The notes under the pieces are model-generated. The model did no database searches. It saw only the letters and a program-made list of their open reading frames with translations, and was not told the DNA's origin. Positions 28,349 through 39,535 of a stretch of DNA of 64,000 nucleotides are shown here, piece after piece. The number at the start of each line of letters is the position of its first letter. Position 1 is the stretch's first letter. The position numbers and the translations under genes were made by a program. The stretch is from Hydrurus foetidus (Eukaryota), in contig UYFQ01000001.1 in assembly GCA_900617105.1 (NCBI GenBank), forward strand, positions 2,418,001 to 2,482,000, written 5' to 3'.

Positions 28349-28645
28349 ATGCTTGAAAACCTCATCATCCCTCAAGACATTCGGGACAAGCTTCTCCGGG
28401 ATGATCACAACGTCAAAGAGGATGAAGTCAGGGAACGCTACTTGAATCACGACGGGTTTTATTTAGAGGACGACAACGAGGATCATGTTACCGACCCAGT
28501 GACTGAGTGGTTTGTCGGCGAGACTGACCGAGGACGCCTGTTGAAAATCATCTTTGTTTTCCGTGACGGGAATCTTTATCTGAAGTCTGCTTACCCTGCA
28601 AATGATAAAACGCAGCGTATATACAAAGACCTCAAGCCAATTTAA
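28349..28645 (+). CDS. BrnT/DUF4258-like toxin
   Basis: KL...HNV..DEVRE, GETDRGRLLKIIFV...LKSAY pattern; upstream palindrome TGTATATACA at 28329-28338. Confidence 0.7.
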   Translation: MLENLIIPQDIRDKLLRDDHNVKEDEVRERYLNHDGFYLEDDNEDHVTDPVTEWFVGETDRGRLLKIIFVFRDGNLYLKSAYPANDKTQRIYKDLKPI

Positions 28646-28658
28646 CTAGGAGAGTGTG

Positions 28659-29045
28659 ATGACAAATGCCAAAAAGTCTGGAAGCGCAGAAGCGTGGGAC
28701 AGCGGCGAGTTAGGAGAGGATATGGGCTCCGCGAAAGTGGCGTCCGCTGAGACTACACAGGCGATTAATGACGCCCTCGGACTGCAGATGATCTCGATCA
28801 GGCTGCCTAAGTCGGTGATTGAGGACTTTAAAGCGCTCGCCCAAATTGAGGGGGTTGGCTACCAGCCGCTAATGAGAACTGCACTTATGCGCTACGCAGA
28901 GTGCGAGTCGAAGCGCGTTATGCGGGAGTACGCGGCGCAGCGCGAGCTTGAAAAGAAGGCAGCCACAGCTACAAGCAACGCCACCAAGACACAGCGCCGC
29001 AACGATGAATTGAATGACCTGCCGCTGGAGCGCAAAGCGGCGTAA
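28659..29045 (+). CDS. BrnA/CopG-like RHH antitoxin
   Basis: MISIRLPKSVIEDFK.LA...GVGYQPLMR. Confidence 0.8.
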   Translation: MTNAKKSGSAEAWDSGELGEDMGSAKVASAETTQAINDALGLQMISIRLPKSVIEDFKALAQIEGVGYQPLMRTALMRYAECESKRVMREYAAQRELEKKAATATSNATKTQRRNDELNDLPLERKAA

Positions 29046-29061
29046 CCAAAGTCAGACTCAT

Positions 29062-29085
29062 AAAACCCGCCTCGGCGGGTTTTTT
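29062..29085 (+). terminator. Intrinsic terminator of the TA operon
   Basis: AAAACCCGCC-TC-GGCGGGTTTTTT. Confidence 0.85.
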
Positions 29086-29181
29086 ATTGCCCCGCACACA
29101 CCTGGCGGCTGGACTAGGCCTGCAACGACCTGAAAAACGACCCAAAACGCCCAAAAATCGCCTTTTTAGGGTATCAAATCG

Positions 29182-29230
29182 GCCTCTAGCCCAATAAATA
29201 CGGGCGCAATCAGCTACTAAATGAGTAGCG
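29182..29230 (-). repeat. Family-1 repeat
   Basis: GCCTCTAGCCCAATAAATACGGGCGCAATCAGCTACTAAATGAGTAGC. Confidence 0.9.
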
Positions 29231-29300
29231 TCTAATCCCACACAGGGTTAGCGATACAAATCATTTCTACACTTGTTGAGTTGTTAGGCTAAACTTATGG

Positions 29301-30206
29301 TCAAGTGGATTGGGGGTTCCTGATCGGCGTTATAGCCTCGGTGGGTTCATCGGGGCTTTTCGCTTTCTGGGGTGGGTAAATCATCAAACCCACGTTTTCA
29401 TAGCCGCTGCCCACGCACTCACGTCCACCTTCGCAATAAAACTTTTTCTTCAGCATATCAAACGCCTGATTGGTGTGCGCTGGACGGATGTAGTTCAAAC
29501 CTACCGGGCGGGCCACCAGGTCAGCCAGTTGCAATCCAGCCAAATTGGTTTTCTTGTCTGCAAACACAACGTCGAATGGCAATGGCCGGTTGCCCGAATT
29601 GTTGCCGTCGCAGATTCGCCGAAATTCCAACTCCAGCTCGCGGTCTTCCTTCTTGCCTCTGCACTCCACGACCACATGGGTTTGCAAATGATCCTGCTTT
29701 TTCTCCGCCAGAAACCCCCGCAAGGACTCCAGGCATATATCCAGCGCAATGTGGTAGGGGTTGGTTGTGGCGCCTTCGCTCTTGCTCATACGCGTCTTGT
29801 CCACAACACAGGCAATCAGGATGAAATTGCTAACGTCCATGATGGACGACAGTTGCCTGACGAATTCAATCCTGGTGGGTAGGTGACTGAGGAAGGCAAA
29901 GTCACCTTTTTGCTTGCGGATGTCATGTTCATAAAGCACCACGCTATCGTGCCCAAAGTAGTTGAACTTCAATTTCTCCACGGCGGGAATGATCTTTTCG
30001 GCATAGTGTCTTTTGTGAATGACACACAGAGCCAGCACAAACACCGGGAAGTCAGGGTTGATGCTGGCCAGCGAATGATCCCCGCTTTCGTCCACATACA
30101 CGACGTAATCACTGAATCGCCCCGAAAGCGGCAGAACTCCAGGCAGCTCCAGCGGGATGGTTTCTGCCAACTCAAACAATGCGTACTGTGTGCCCCGTGT
30201 GGTCAT
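29301..30206 (-). CDS. DUF3800 family protein (RNase H-like)
   Basis: VYVDESGD N-terminal motif and GLQLADLVA C-terminal motif. Confidence 0.85.
   Translation of the reverse strand: MTTRGTQYALFELAETIPLELPGVLPLSGRFSDYVVYVDESGDHSLASINPDFPVFVLALCVIHKRHYAEKIIPAVEKLKFNYFGHDSVVLYEHDIRKQKGDFAFLSHLPTRIEFVRQLSSIMDVSNFILIACVVDKTRMSKSEGATTNPYHIALDICLESLRGFLAEKKQDHLQTHVVVECRGKKEDRELELEFRRICDGNNSGNRPLPFDVVFADKKTNLAGLQLADLVARPVGLNYIRPAHTNQAFDMLKKKFYCEGGRECVGSGYENVGLMIYPPQKAKSPDEPTEAITPIRNPQST
29303..29366 (+). ncRNA. Predicted small structured RNA antisense to the DUF3800 3' end
   Basis: Two hairpins (29308-29325, 29334-29357), each with a GGUU loop and G-U pairs valid only on the + strand; U-tract follows; TAAACT -10-like box at 29290-29295. 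Confidence 0.55.
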
Positions 30207-31471
30207 ATCGCAGCTTTCTGAATCTGCAGTTCGGCATCCGGCAGCCGCAACTGCCCCGAGATTAGGCGCGGGAGCAGGGTGTCGCGGAGGGTGGCTAGAT
30301 TGCGCATTTGATCGATGTTGACCTGCTGGCGTCCTAAAAGAGCTTCGGCAACGACGGAAAACGCTTCAACAACCGAGAAAGGCGGACAAACAAATTGATA
30401 TGACCCAACGCCGTCCTTTGACAAATGGAGCACTGTGGTTCCTGACGTGTGCGAAAACGTGTGCGCTTGAAATGCGTCGGTTTTAAACAAACCATACAGA
30501 AACTGACGAGTCACTCTATCTTCCAAGGGTCGAACAATACCCACGTCCAATGAAGCTACCAGCGTCTTATGTTCAGCGACTTCTATAACAATCGCGGGCT
30601 TTCCGATCAGTTCAGCCGCCTGCGTGACGTCCGTATAGGCAATGATTAAATCGCCAGACACAACCACTTGAGTTGCTTTAAACGAACCCGAATATGGTTT
30701 AAAACCGTCCAAACGGAAACCGCCACCTCTTGCAAATGACTTCAGGGTGACCAGTGCCGTATCGTGTGTATCAACCAAATCTTTGCTGGAATAGGACTTC
30801 CCCTTCACAACGCTGGCAACGTCGGCCACTGGAAATACCCGCCACCCCCTCGGCACCAAGCCCAGCTCCGACTCCTCAAACCCATCGGGAAACAGCGCCG
30901 CTGCGGCCTGGTCCATGCCTTCGGGGGCGCGGCCTTCGAGCTTGGCGCGCACGGGGTCGAAATCGACAAACCATGACTTGAACAGCGCCTGGGCGATGGC
31001 TTCGAGCGTGGCGTTGGTTTCGCGCAGGAGGGTGATGCGGTCGTCGAGGGCACGAAGCATTTCAACAAGTCGATCTTGCTCATCTCGACCCGGCACCCGG
31101 AGCGGCATGGAATAAATAAAATTGCGGTTCAGAGATGGTTGAGCGCTACCTGAATTAAAAGCTGCAAGATCAAGCGTTCCTAATAAGTAGTAAGCGAAGT
31201 GCGGGTTGTTGCCCAAGAAATCTGTGACATAGATGCATGTGTTGTGCGGCCAATAGTCCACTTCGGAAAGGTGAACTCTTCCCATCGAAGCGCCACTTCT
31301 GCCAATGACAACACCCGGCCCCGTTGCTTTTGATTCGCTATGCGTTCCATTTGGCCCGGCTGAACCCATTACAGGGACGAAACCGGGTTTCTGTTCCGAG
31401 GCAGTTAGATCATGTCCACGCTGAAGACGGACGAAATCGCCAAGCGTGCAATCGCTCCACTCAGAACTCAT
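30203..31471 (-). CDS. hsdS: Type I R-M specificity subunit S
   Basis: Two TRDs; GSAQPSL, LDDRITL..ETNATLEAIAQALFKSWF, LRDTLLPRLISGQL. Confidence 0.95.
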   Translation of the reverse strand: MSSEWSDCTLGDFVRLQRGHDLTASEQKPGFVPVMGSAGPNGTHSESKATGPGVVIGRSGASMGRVHLSEVDYWPHNTCIYVTDFLGNNPHFAYYLLGTLDLAAFNSGSAQPSLNRNFIYSMPLRVPGRDEQDRLVEMLRALDDRITLLRETNATLEAIAQALFKSWFVDFDPVRAKLEGRAPEGMDQAAAALFPDGFEESELGLVPRGWRVFPVADVASVVKGKSYSSKDLVDTHDTALVTLKSFARGGGFRLDGFKPYSGSFKATQVVVSGDLIIAYTDVTQAAELIGKPAIVIEVAEHKTLVASLDVGIVRPLEDRVTRQFLYGLFKTDAFQAHTFSHTSGTTVLHLSKDGVGSYQFVCPPFSVVEAFSVVAEALLGRQQVNIDQMRNLATLRDTLLPRLISGQLRLPDAELQIQKAAI

Positions 31472-31542
31472 ACCCCAACCCTCCAAGCTTCTGCCGAATC
31501 AACATATCCAGCTCGGCCCCTTTCGCCATCTGCTCACCCAGC
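31461..31542 (-). pseudogene. hsdM: Severed 3' end of hsdM
   Basis: Reads LGEQMAKGAELDMLIRQKLGGLGYEF*, continuing ...QQLTEK from across the IS; stop overlaps the hsdS start region. Confidence 0.9.
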
Positions 31543-31600
31543 TGTAGTGGTCTAATAAAAACAGACAGCTCAATAGGTTGTTAAAACCGAAATGGCATAA

Positions 31601-32791
<1,191 letters not shown>

Positions 32792-32799
<8 letters not shown>

Positions 32800-34387
32800 C
32801 CAATACAAGCTTTTCAGTCAGCTGCTGCATCTTGGTGGCGAAGTCTTCGTCGTTGTCTTCAACTTCTTCAGCGCCTACGTAGCGGCCTGGGGTGAGGACG
32901 TGGCCGTGTTGGGCGATTTCGGCTAGTTTTACGCTTCGGCAGAAGCCGGGGGTGTCTTGGTACGAGGTGTGTAGTGAATTCGGATTCGGAGAGCCCTCAC
33001 CCCTGCCCTCTCCCGGAGGGAGAGGGAGCAATTCGGTGAAGGGAGGTGAATTTGGTAGAGGGAGTGATTCACCGCGCCAGGCAGCTACGGTGTTGGCTAT
33101 GCGGGCAATCACTTCGTCGGTGAACTCGCTTTGCACCCTTGAGATCATCGTGGCTTGCTTGCGGGCGTCTATGAAAAGCACTTCGCCCTGGCGGTGCGTT
33201 TTCTTCTTGACCAAAAACCACAAACACGCGGGAATCTGCGTATTGAAGAACAGCTGGCCCGGTAGCGCGATCATGACTTCGACCACATCGGCATCAACCA
33301 TGGCGGCGCGGATTTGGCCTTCGCTGTTTTGGCTGCTGCTCATGCTGCCATTGGCTAACACAATGCCAGCACGACCATTCGGCTTGAGGTGGTGCAGCAT
33401 GTGCTGCAGCCAGGCGTAGTTGGCGTTGCCTGCGGGTGGGTCGCCGTACTGCCAGCGGGCGTCGCCCGTCAGGCTGGCGTGCCACCAGTCGCTGATGTTA
33501 AAAGGCGGGTTGGCGAGGATGAAATCAGCGCGCAGGTCTTTGTGCTGGTTTAGTACAAAGGTGTCGGCACTCTCGCGGCCCAAATTAAAGTCAATGCCGC
33601 GAATGGCCAGGTTCATGGCGGCCAGGCGCCAAGTGGTGGGGTTGGCCTCTTGCCCGTAGATGGAAACACCCTTTAGACCCATATTTTCCAGCTTCCCGCC
33701 GTGCGACTCAATGAACTTCGCACTCTGCACAAACATGCCACCCGAGCCGCAGCACGGGTCATACACCTTGCCGCTGTGGGGGTTGAGCACCGCGACCAGC
33801 GTTTTGACAATGCTGGCCGGGGTGTAAAACTGCCCGCCGCGCTTGCCTTCAGCGCTGGCGAACATGCCCAAAAAGTATTCGTACACCTGGCCCAGAATGT
33901 CACGCGCTGTGCTCGGGTTGTCGCCAAAGCCGATGGTCGAGATCAAGTCCACCAGCTCGCCCAGTTTGCCGTCGGGTAACTGGGCACGGGCGTAGCGTTT
34001 GTCGAGAATGCCCTTGAGCTTGGGGTTTTCAACCTCGACCAATGTCAGCGCTTCGTCAATGCGTTTGCCAATGTCGGGTTGCTTGGCTCTAGAGCGCAGG
34101 GCTTCCCACCGGGCCGCTTCGGGCACCCAAAAGACGTTGACGGACTTGTAATAGTCGCGGTCTTCCATCTCTTGGGCCAATGCCTCGGGCGTCGCGCCTT
34201 CAAAAAAGTATTCGTCTTTCGGGTCAGCCAGCCTGCTGGCTACTTCAGCCCGGCGGGCGGCAAAGGTGTCTGAAATGTATTTGACAAAAATCAGGCCGAG
34301 CACCAGGTGCTTGTATTCAGCCGCGTCCATGTTGGCGCGCAGCTTGTCGGCCGTGGCCCAGAGTGTTTTTTTGATGTCGTCTAGCAT
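32792..34387 (-). CDS. hsdM: Type I R-M methyltransferase subunit M, C-terminally truncated by IS3
   Basis: GQFYTP, YDPCCGSGG, NPPF; last 25 native residues replaced by IS-derived VLVK*. Confidence 0.93.
32994..33026 (+). repeat. Family-2 palindrome, in-frame inside hsdM
   Basis: CCCTCACCCCTGCCCTCTCCCGGAGGGAGAGGG; reads PLPPGEGRGEG. Confidence 0.85.
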
Positions 34388-34446
34388 GCGCGCAATTATG
34401 CTGCGCGGCTATCTCTGAATCGTCATCTTTCGCTGAGCAATTCAAA

Positions 34447-34495
34447 TACTACTAAATTCATAGCTGCTTGCGCCCGTATTTATTGGGCTTAAAGC
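34447..34495 (+). repeat. Family-1 repeat
   Basis: TACTACTAAATTCATAGCTGCTTGCGCCCGTATTTATTGGGCTTAAAGC. Confidence 0.9.
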
Positions 34496-34750
34496 CTAAA
34501 TTAACGCCAAATTAGGCCATTTTTGCCCATAAATCCTCCCACGCTTGGGTTTGCTGGTGGCCGCGCCAAGCGCGCGTCAATAGTCAATTTGTAGGGGTTG
34601 GCAAACGCACAGCTGCTGCATACATTTATATACAAGCCGATTCAAAAGCCCACTCGGCAGTTAGCAGCCGGCACTTTTCGAACGCCTTTTCCCAGGGCTC
34701 GAGCTGGGGCAATTTTGGGTATGTCAATGGTCTTTATCAGGAGCAGCAAT

Positions 34751-35920
34751 ATGTCGATTCTGCAACGCATGAGTCTCATGCAATTCACCACCGGCCTGGC
34801 TTTGGCATCCTTGAGTTTATTCAGCGCTTGCGGTGGCGGCAGTTCTGGTGCTGGTGCTGTTCCTGCTGGCGGCGCATCGCCAGTGGCTGTGCAAGCACCT
34901 TCGCTAGCTTCAATTGCGGTCTCGCCTGGCACCGCAAGCATTGTGCAGTTAGCGTCGCAGCAGTTCACTGCGGTGGGCAGTTATTCAGACGGCACCACGC
35001 AAACGCTGACTAGCCAAGCGGTGTGGTCGTCCAGCGCCACGCCAGTTGCGGCTGTTAACGCTAGCGGGCTGGCAAAGGCCGCGCAAGTTGGCACGGCGAC
35101 TGTTTCAGCCGCGGTGGGCGGAGTGGCGGGCAATGCTGCCGTTACGGTAACGGCGGTAGGCTTGGCCAGCTGGACGGTGCCTGCAGGGGCCACTGAAATT
35201 CAGATCGTAGCTATCGGCGGTGGGGGTGGCTTCGGCGGGGGCCATGGCGGCAAGGTGACGGCTCCGGTGGCGGTGTCTGGAGGCGATGTGCTGGATATTT
35301 TTGTCGGCGAGGGCGGGCTTTACGACTCTGGCGATGGCGGCGGCGGTGGCGGCGGGTCGACCAACGTGAGCAAACCCATCGCGAACGATGTGCTGTTGAT
35401 CGGCGGCGGCGGCGGTGGCTTCAGAGGCACGGGCGGCAACGGCGGAAACGGTACAGCCGGTACTGGCAGCAGCGGCGCACCCGGTGGGCCAGATGGTGCA
35501 GGCACTGGCATCAATGGCAGCTTGGTAGCCGGTGGCGGTGGATCTGGCGGCGGCTTTGGATTTGGTGCCGGCGTTGCCGGCGCGGCCGCAACGCAAGCTG
35601 GCAACGGCGCAGATGGTCTGGGCGGCGGCGGTGGCAATGGCGCATTAAATTCGGGCACGTCAGGCCCAGGCGGCACAGGCGGCGCCAGCGGCGGATTTTT
35701 AAGCCGTCGGGTTGGCACAGGTGGCGCTGGCGTTGCAGCAGGCGGCGGAGGCGGCGGCGGACACGGTGGGGGTGGCGGGGGTGCTTTTGGTGGCGGCGGC
35801 GGGGGTGGAGGCAGCCTCGGCCCGTCTGTGCCCGGCGTAATTTATTCAATCGGCACCAACGGTGGTGCGCTTCGCCAATCCGGCGGCAGCGGCTCGGTGG
35901 TCATCACCATCATCCGATAG
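34751..35920 (+). CDS. Lipoprotein with Ig-like (Big_2) domain and glycine-rich domain
   Basis: AGGAG RBS; lipobox LFSA-C; IAVSP..QQFTAVGSYSDG..WSSS..VAAV; long GGGGG tracts. Confidence 0.8.
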   Translation: MSILQRMSLMQFTTGLALASLSLFSACGGGSSGAGAVPAGGASPVAVQAPSLASIAVSPGTASIVQLASQQFTAVGSYSDGTTQTLTSQAVWSSSATPVAAVNASGLAKAAQVGTATVSAAVGGVAGNAAVTVTAVGLASWTVPAGATEIQIVAIGGGGGFGGGHGGKVTAPVAVSGGDVLDIFVGEGGLYDSGDGGGGGGGSTNVSKPIANDVLLIGGGGGGFRGTGGNGGNGTAGTGSSGAPGGPDGAGTGINGSLVAGGGGSGGGFGFGAGVAGAAATQAGNGADGLGGGGGNGALNSGTSGPGGTGGASGGFLSRRVGTGGAGVAAGGGGGGGHGGGGGGAFGGGGGGGGSLGPSVPGVIYSIGTNGGALRQSGGSGSVVITIIR

Positions 35921-35936
35921 CATCAAGCCGCCAAAT

Positions 35937-35985
35937 TGGTATATAAATAATAGCTGCTCGCGCCCGTATTTGTTGGTCTAGAGGC
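35937..35985 (+). repeat. Family-1 repeat
   Basis: ATAGCTGCTCGCGCCCGTATTTGTTGGTCTAGAGGC core. Confidence 0.85.
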
Positions 35986-36009
35986 CTAAAAATCTCTAAA
36001 AAAGGCCAT

Positions 36010-36939
36010 TTAAGCGCCCGCACTGCTCGCCAGCCGCAGTACCGCCGGGTAGCTGGGCTGCACTTCCATCCGGGCCGTTACGCCGCCTCTGGCGAGTATG
36101 CGGTGAGCTTTGGGCAAGTTCCAGCAGGGAATTTGCGTGAACATGTGGTGTTCGCCGTGGTAGTTGACCCAGTAGGGTGCAACCAGTGCGCGTTCGATGA
36201 AGTTGGCGTGGGTGGTGCGGGCGTGGCGCAGGGGGTCGGCGTTGTTTTCGGCTACCAGGGCGTGCTCGGCAATGTTGCGCAGGCGGGTGACCAGCGGCAG
36301 CCAGGTGGCCATGGGCAATAGCCACATCAGCAGCCACGCCCACCACAGCCCGGCGGCAGCAAACAACGCGAAGCCCGCGCCATTGGTTAATAAAAACACG
36401 CGCTGCGATTTAACTTCAAGCCCAATCACCGCAAACGCACTCTGCCCCGCTTCGCGATTTTTCAGCTTGGCCAGTACCGGGCCGACGCGTTGTTTGAAAA
36501 AGGTTTGCCCAGACAAGTCACGCCAAATTTTGCGTTTAAGTGACGCGGGCGTGATGGGAAAAGGTGCCGACAGCACGAGGTCGGGGTCTTCGGTTTGCTG
36601 CACAAAGCGGTGATGCTGCAGATGGTACGGGCGATAGGTGTCGAGCTCTGCGCCGCCAAACCATTTGGCAGCCCAGTCATTGATACGCCGGTTGGGGTGC
36701 AGCAGGCCGTGTGCGGCGTCGTGCATCAAAATAAACAAGCCGAGCTGGCGGGTGCCAATCACCATCACCATTAGCGGAATGGTGATGGGCCACAGCACGC
36801 CAATGGCCATGGCGGCGGCGATCACCGCCCAGCAATGCAGCAACAGCGCCAAGCCTTTGAAACGCGAGCGACCGGACACCGCTGCCCACTGGGCAGGCGT
36901 GAAAAAGTCTTCGTGTTGAACTCGGGGTGCGGCGGCCAT
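36010..36939 (-). CDS. Fatty acid desaturase family protein
   Basis: His boxes HDAAH, HLQHH, HGEHH. Confidence 0.92.
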   Translation of the reverse strand: MAAAPRVQHEDFFTPAQWAAVSGRSRFKGLALLLHCWAVIAAAMAIGVLWPITIPLMVMVIGTRQLGLFILMHDAAHGLLHPNRRINDWAAKWFGGAELDTYRPYHLQHHRFVQQTEDPDLVLSAPFPITPASLKRKIWRDLSGQTFFKQRVGPVLAKLKNREAGQSAFAVIGLEVKSQRVFLLTNGAGFALFAAAGLWWAWLLMWLLPMATWLPLVTRLRNIAEHALVAENNADPLRHARTTHANFIERALVAPYWVNYHGEHHMFTQIPCWNLPKAHRILARGGVTARMEVQPSYPAVLRLASSAGA

Positions 36940-37028
36940 GCCTAACTGTAGACACTACGCCCACAAACTGCAAGCCGACCCAGCTGCGACATAGGGCGCA
37001 GGGGTCAACAAGCAGCGTGTACTACAAC

Positions 37029-37601
37029 TTACTTCATTCCAAATTTAACTTTGGCGTCGGCTTGGCAAGCGTCTTTTGGGGCACCAGCTAATGCATCGCA
37101 ACGCTCGTTGGCAGCTTTGAACATGGCTTTGCGCTCGTCCTCAGAAGCATCTTTCTTGACGTCGGCCATTTTGGACGACTTGTCTGCACTGGTGTCTGCC
37201 GAAACTTTGGCGATTTTGGCGTCGTCTTTGGCCTTGGTGAAAGCGACTTTCGCGTCTTTTACGCAAACGTCTTTTGCGTTGCCAGACAAGTCATCGCATT
37301 TTTCTTTGGCGGTGTCGTACATGGCGTCTGCCTTTGCCATGCCCACCTTCTCAGCGCCGCGGGCCGACGGTTTGTACTTGCTTTCCATTTCGGCTTTGGC
37401 AACTTTTTCTGTACCCTTCGCTTCAGAAATGCAGATGTCTTTGGCGTTGGCCTTCAGGCTGGAGCACTTGTCTTTGGCAACTTTATAGTCACCGGATATG
37501 CGGTCTTTTTCAGTTTTGTATTCGACTTTAGTCATCGACATGGCGTTGCCAGCAAAGGCGCAAGACAAAACTATTGACAGCGTAAGGAGCTTTGATTTCA
37601 T
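37029..37601 (-). CDS. Exported Lys/Ala-rich repeat protein with paired cysteines
   Basis: Signal peptide; three (A)K(E/D)KC..L.GNAKD.C..(D/E)AK-type repeats. Confidence 0.8.
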   Translation of the reverse strand: MKSKLLTLSIVLSCAFAGNAMSMTKVEYKTEKDRISGDYKVAKDKCSSLKANAKDICISEAKGTEKVAKAEMESKYKPSARGAEKVGMAKADAMYDTAKEKCDDLSGNAKDVCVKDAKVAFTKAKDDAKIAKVSADTSADKSSKMADVKKDASEDERKAMFKAANERCDALAGAPKDACQADAKVKFGMK

Positions 37602-37760
37602 GGAGTAGCTTTCAAAAATACGGTTAAGAAAACGGGCTACAAACCCGAGAGCTAAACCATACGTTTGCCAGCGTCCATCGCAGGTGGGCAAAGGGTGATA
37701 TTGACCGTAGGCCGATGCCTACGAAAGCCGCGTTTTACCCGTTAAAACAAACTATTTTAG

Positions 37761-37809
37761 GGCTGTAGCCCAATAGATATGGGCGCGAGCAGCTCCTGAA
37801 AAGATAGTA
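37761..37809 (-). repeat. Family-1 repeat
   Basis: GGCTGTAGCCCAATAGATATGGGCGCGAGCAGCTCCTGAAAAGATAGTA. Confidence 0.9.
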
Positions 37810-37833
37810 AAGGAGACTGCTCGTTTTACAAAT

Positions 37834-38715
37834 TCACACCTTGCCAGGCTGTGCGTTCTTCAGCGCGGCAATGCGCTCTTCAATCGGCGGGTGGGTTGAA
37901 AACAATTTGCCGATACCGCCGGTAATGCCCATCGCTGCCACAGACTTGGGCAACTCACCGGGCACCATGCCGCCTAAACGAGCCAGCGCGTTCATCATGG
38001 GTTGCGTGCGGCCCATGAGTGCTGCAGCGCCCGCGTCGGCACGAAATTCACGGTGCCGTGAAAACCAGGACACCACCATGTGCGCGGCAAAACCCAGCAC
38101 GATGTCCATCACGATAGTGGTGACGTAATAGCCAATGCCCGGGCCCGAGCTGTCGCTGCCCTTCCTTAAAAAGCTGTCGACTGCATAGCCAATCACGCGG
38201 CTTAAAAACACCACAAAGGTGTTCATCACGCCTTGAATCAGGGTCATGGTGACCATGTCGCCATTGGCAATGTGGGCAACTTCGTGGCCAATCACGGCCT
38301 CAATTTCTTCGCGCGTCATGCCTTGCAGCAAGCCGGTAGACACCGCCACTAACGCTGAATTTTTAAAAGCGCCGGTGGCAAACGCGTTGGGCGCGCCTTC
38401 AAAAATACCGACTTCTGGCATGCCAATTTGAGCCTTGTCAGCGAATTTCTTAACGGTGTCGAGAATCCACGCTTCATCTGCGTTTTGCGGCTCTTTAATC
38501 ACCTTGACGCCCGAGCTCCATTTAGCCACCGGCTTGCTGATCAATAGCGAAATAAACGCGCCGCCAAAACCCATGATGAGCGCAAAGCCCAGCAGCGAGG
38601 TGAGGTTCAGGCCCTGCGGCGTTAAAAACCTGTTTAAACCGAGTACGTTAGCAACAATGCCCAGCACCAGCACAACAGCCAGGTTGGTCATCACAAACAA
38701 GAAAATACGTTTCAT
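37834..38715 (-). CDS. htpX: Protease HtpX
   Basis: [27 protein letters not shown]. Confidence 0.95.
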   Translation of the reverse strand: MKRIFLFVMTNLAVVLVLGIVANVLGLNRFLTPQGLNLTSLLGFALIMGFGGAFISLLISKPVAKWSSGVKVIKEPQNADEAWILDTVKKFADKAQIGMPEVGIFEGAPNAFATGAFKNSALVAVSTGLLQGMTREEIEAVIGHEVAHIANGDMVTMTLIQGVMNTFVVFLSRVIGYAVDSFLRKGSDSSGPGIGYYVTTIVMDIVLGFAAHMVVSWFSRHREFRADAGAAALMGRTQPMMNALARLGGMVPGELPKSVAAMGITGGIGKLFSTHPPIEERIAALKNAQPGKV

Positions 38716-38809
38716 GAAATCTCCGTGAGGAAAGTTAATTCAGTAAGTCGATAAATGGGGAGCAACGTTAAAAGCTCAAGAGCGGACTGCAGTTTGCACC
38801 GCTTGTTTT

Positions 38810-39535
38810 TTATATTTTCTTGCTTTTAGCGCGAAATACAAGAATGTCCTCATAAAAGGAAAGTTTCTCGTTCGGCGACCACCAGCCAGGCACGCCCAAT
38901 ACCGGCAGCGGCGCAAACGGTTTTAACGACAGCTTATCTGCGCTAATATCGTTGGCGATCCAGCTGTCCAAATCTGCTATGTTATTAATAGCTGTTTGCG
39001 CCCTATAAACGTGGGCTGTGATTGGTTTTCTTGGATAAACCAGCTTTTCAAGCAGCGCATGGCCAAACAAAACCAGCTGCGCGTCTTTCCACATCGGTCG
39101 CAACTCAATAAACAATCGTTGCCAATTGCAATCTAGCAGCGCGTCCCACAGCGGCTCGGGTGCCATTAAAAAAGCAGCGTTTTCGTCGAACAGGGTTAGT
39201 GCATCACGCACCGCGCCGCGAGTTTGTTGCACGCCGTTGGTAGCCAGTTGCTCGGCTTGCAATTGGTTAAGCTTTTTCTTGGTTTGCGGAAAGGTTAACC
39301 AACACAAGCCATTAAAAAAGTCATGCAGGTTGTCGCGTGTGGGAACCGTGCCGGTGTCGAAGATGAATTGTTCGTAGGCTTGGCCGTCGGGCAATTGGGA
39401 CTGCGAGACGAATCGAACAGGAGAGCCTGCTACCGAATTCAGCGCTTGGGCAACCGCGATGCCTGTGAAGTCAAGGGCAGTGGCTTGGTAAGGTGCAAGC
39501 CACGGCGCGCTCCAATCAATCACACCATGCGCCAA
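38810..39535 (-). CDS. DUF3025 family protein
   Basis: [46 protein letters not shown]. Confidence 0.85.
   Translation of the reverse strand: MAHGVIDWSAPWLAPYQATALDFTGIAVAQALNSVAGSPVRFVSQSQLPDGQAYEQFIFDTGTVPTRDNLHDFFNGLCWLTFPQTKKKLNQLQAEQLATNGVQQTRGAVRDALTLFDENAAFLMAPEPLWDALLDCNWQRLFIELRPMWKDAQLVLFGHALLEKLVYPRKPITAHVYRAQTAINNIADLDSWIANDISADKLSLKPFAPLPVLGVPGWWSPNEKLSFYEDILVFRAKSKKI
38975..39023 (+). repeat. Family-1 repeat, in-frame inside DUF3025 CDS
   Basis: TGCTATGTTATTAATAGCTGTTTGCGCCCTATAAACGTGGGCTG; reads [16 protein letters not shown]. Confidence 0.75.
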
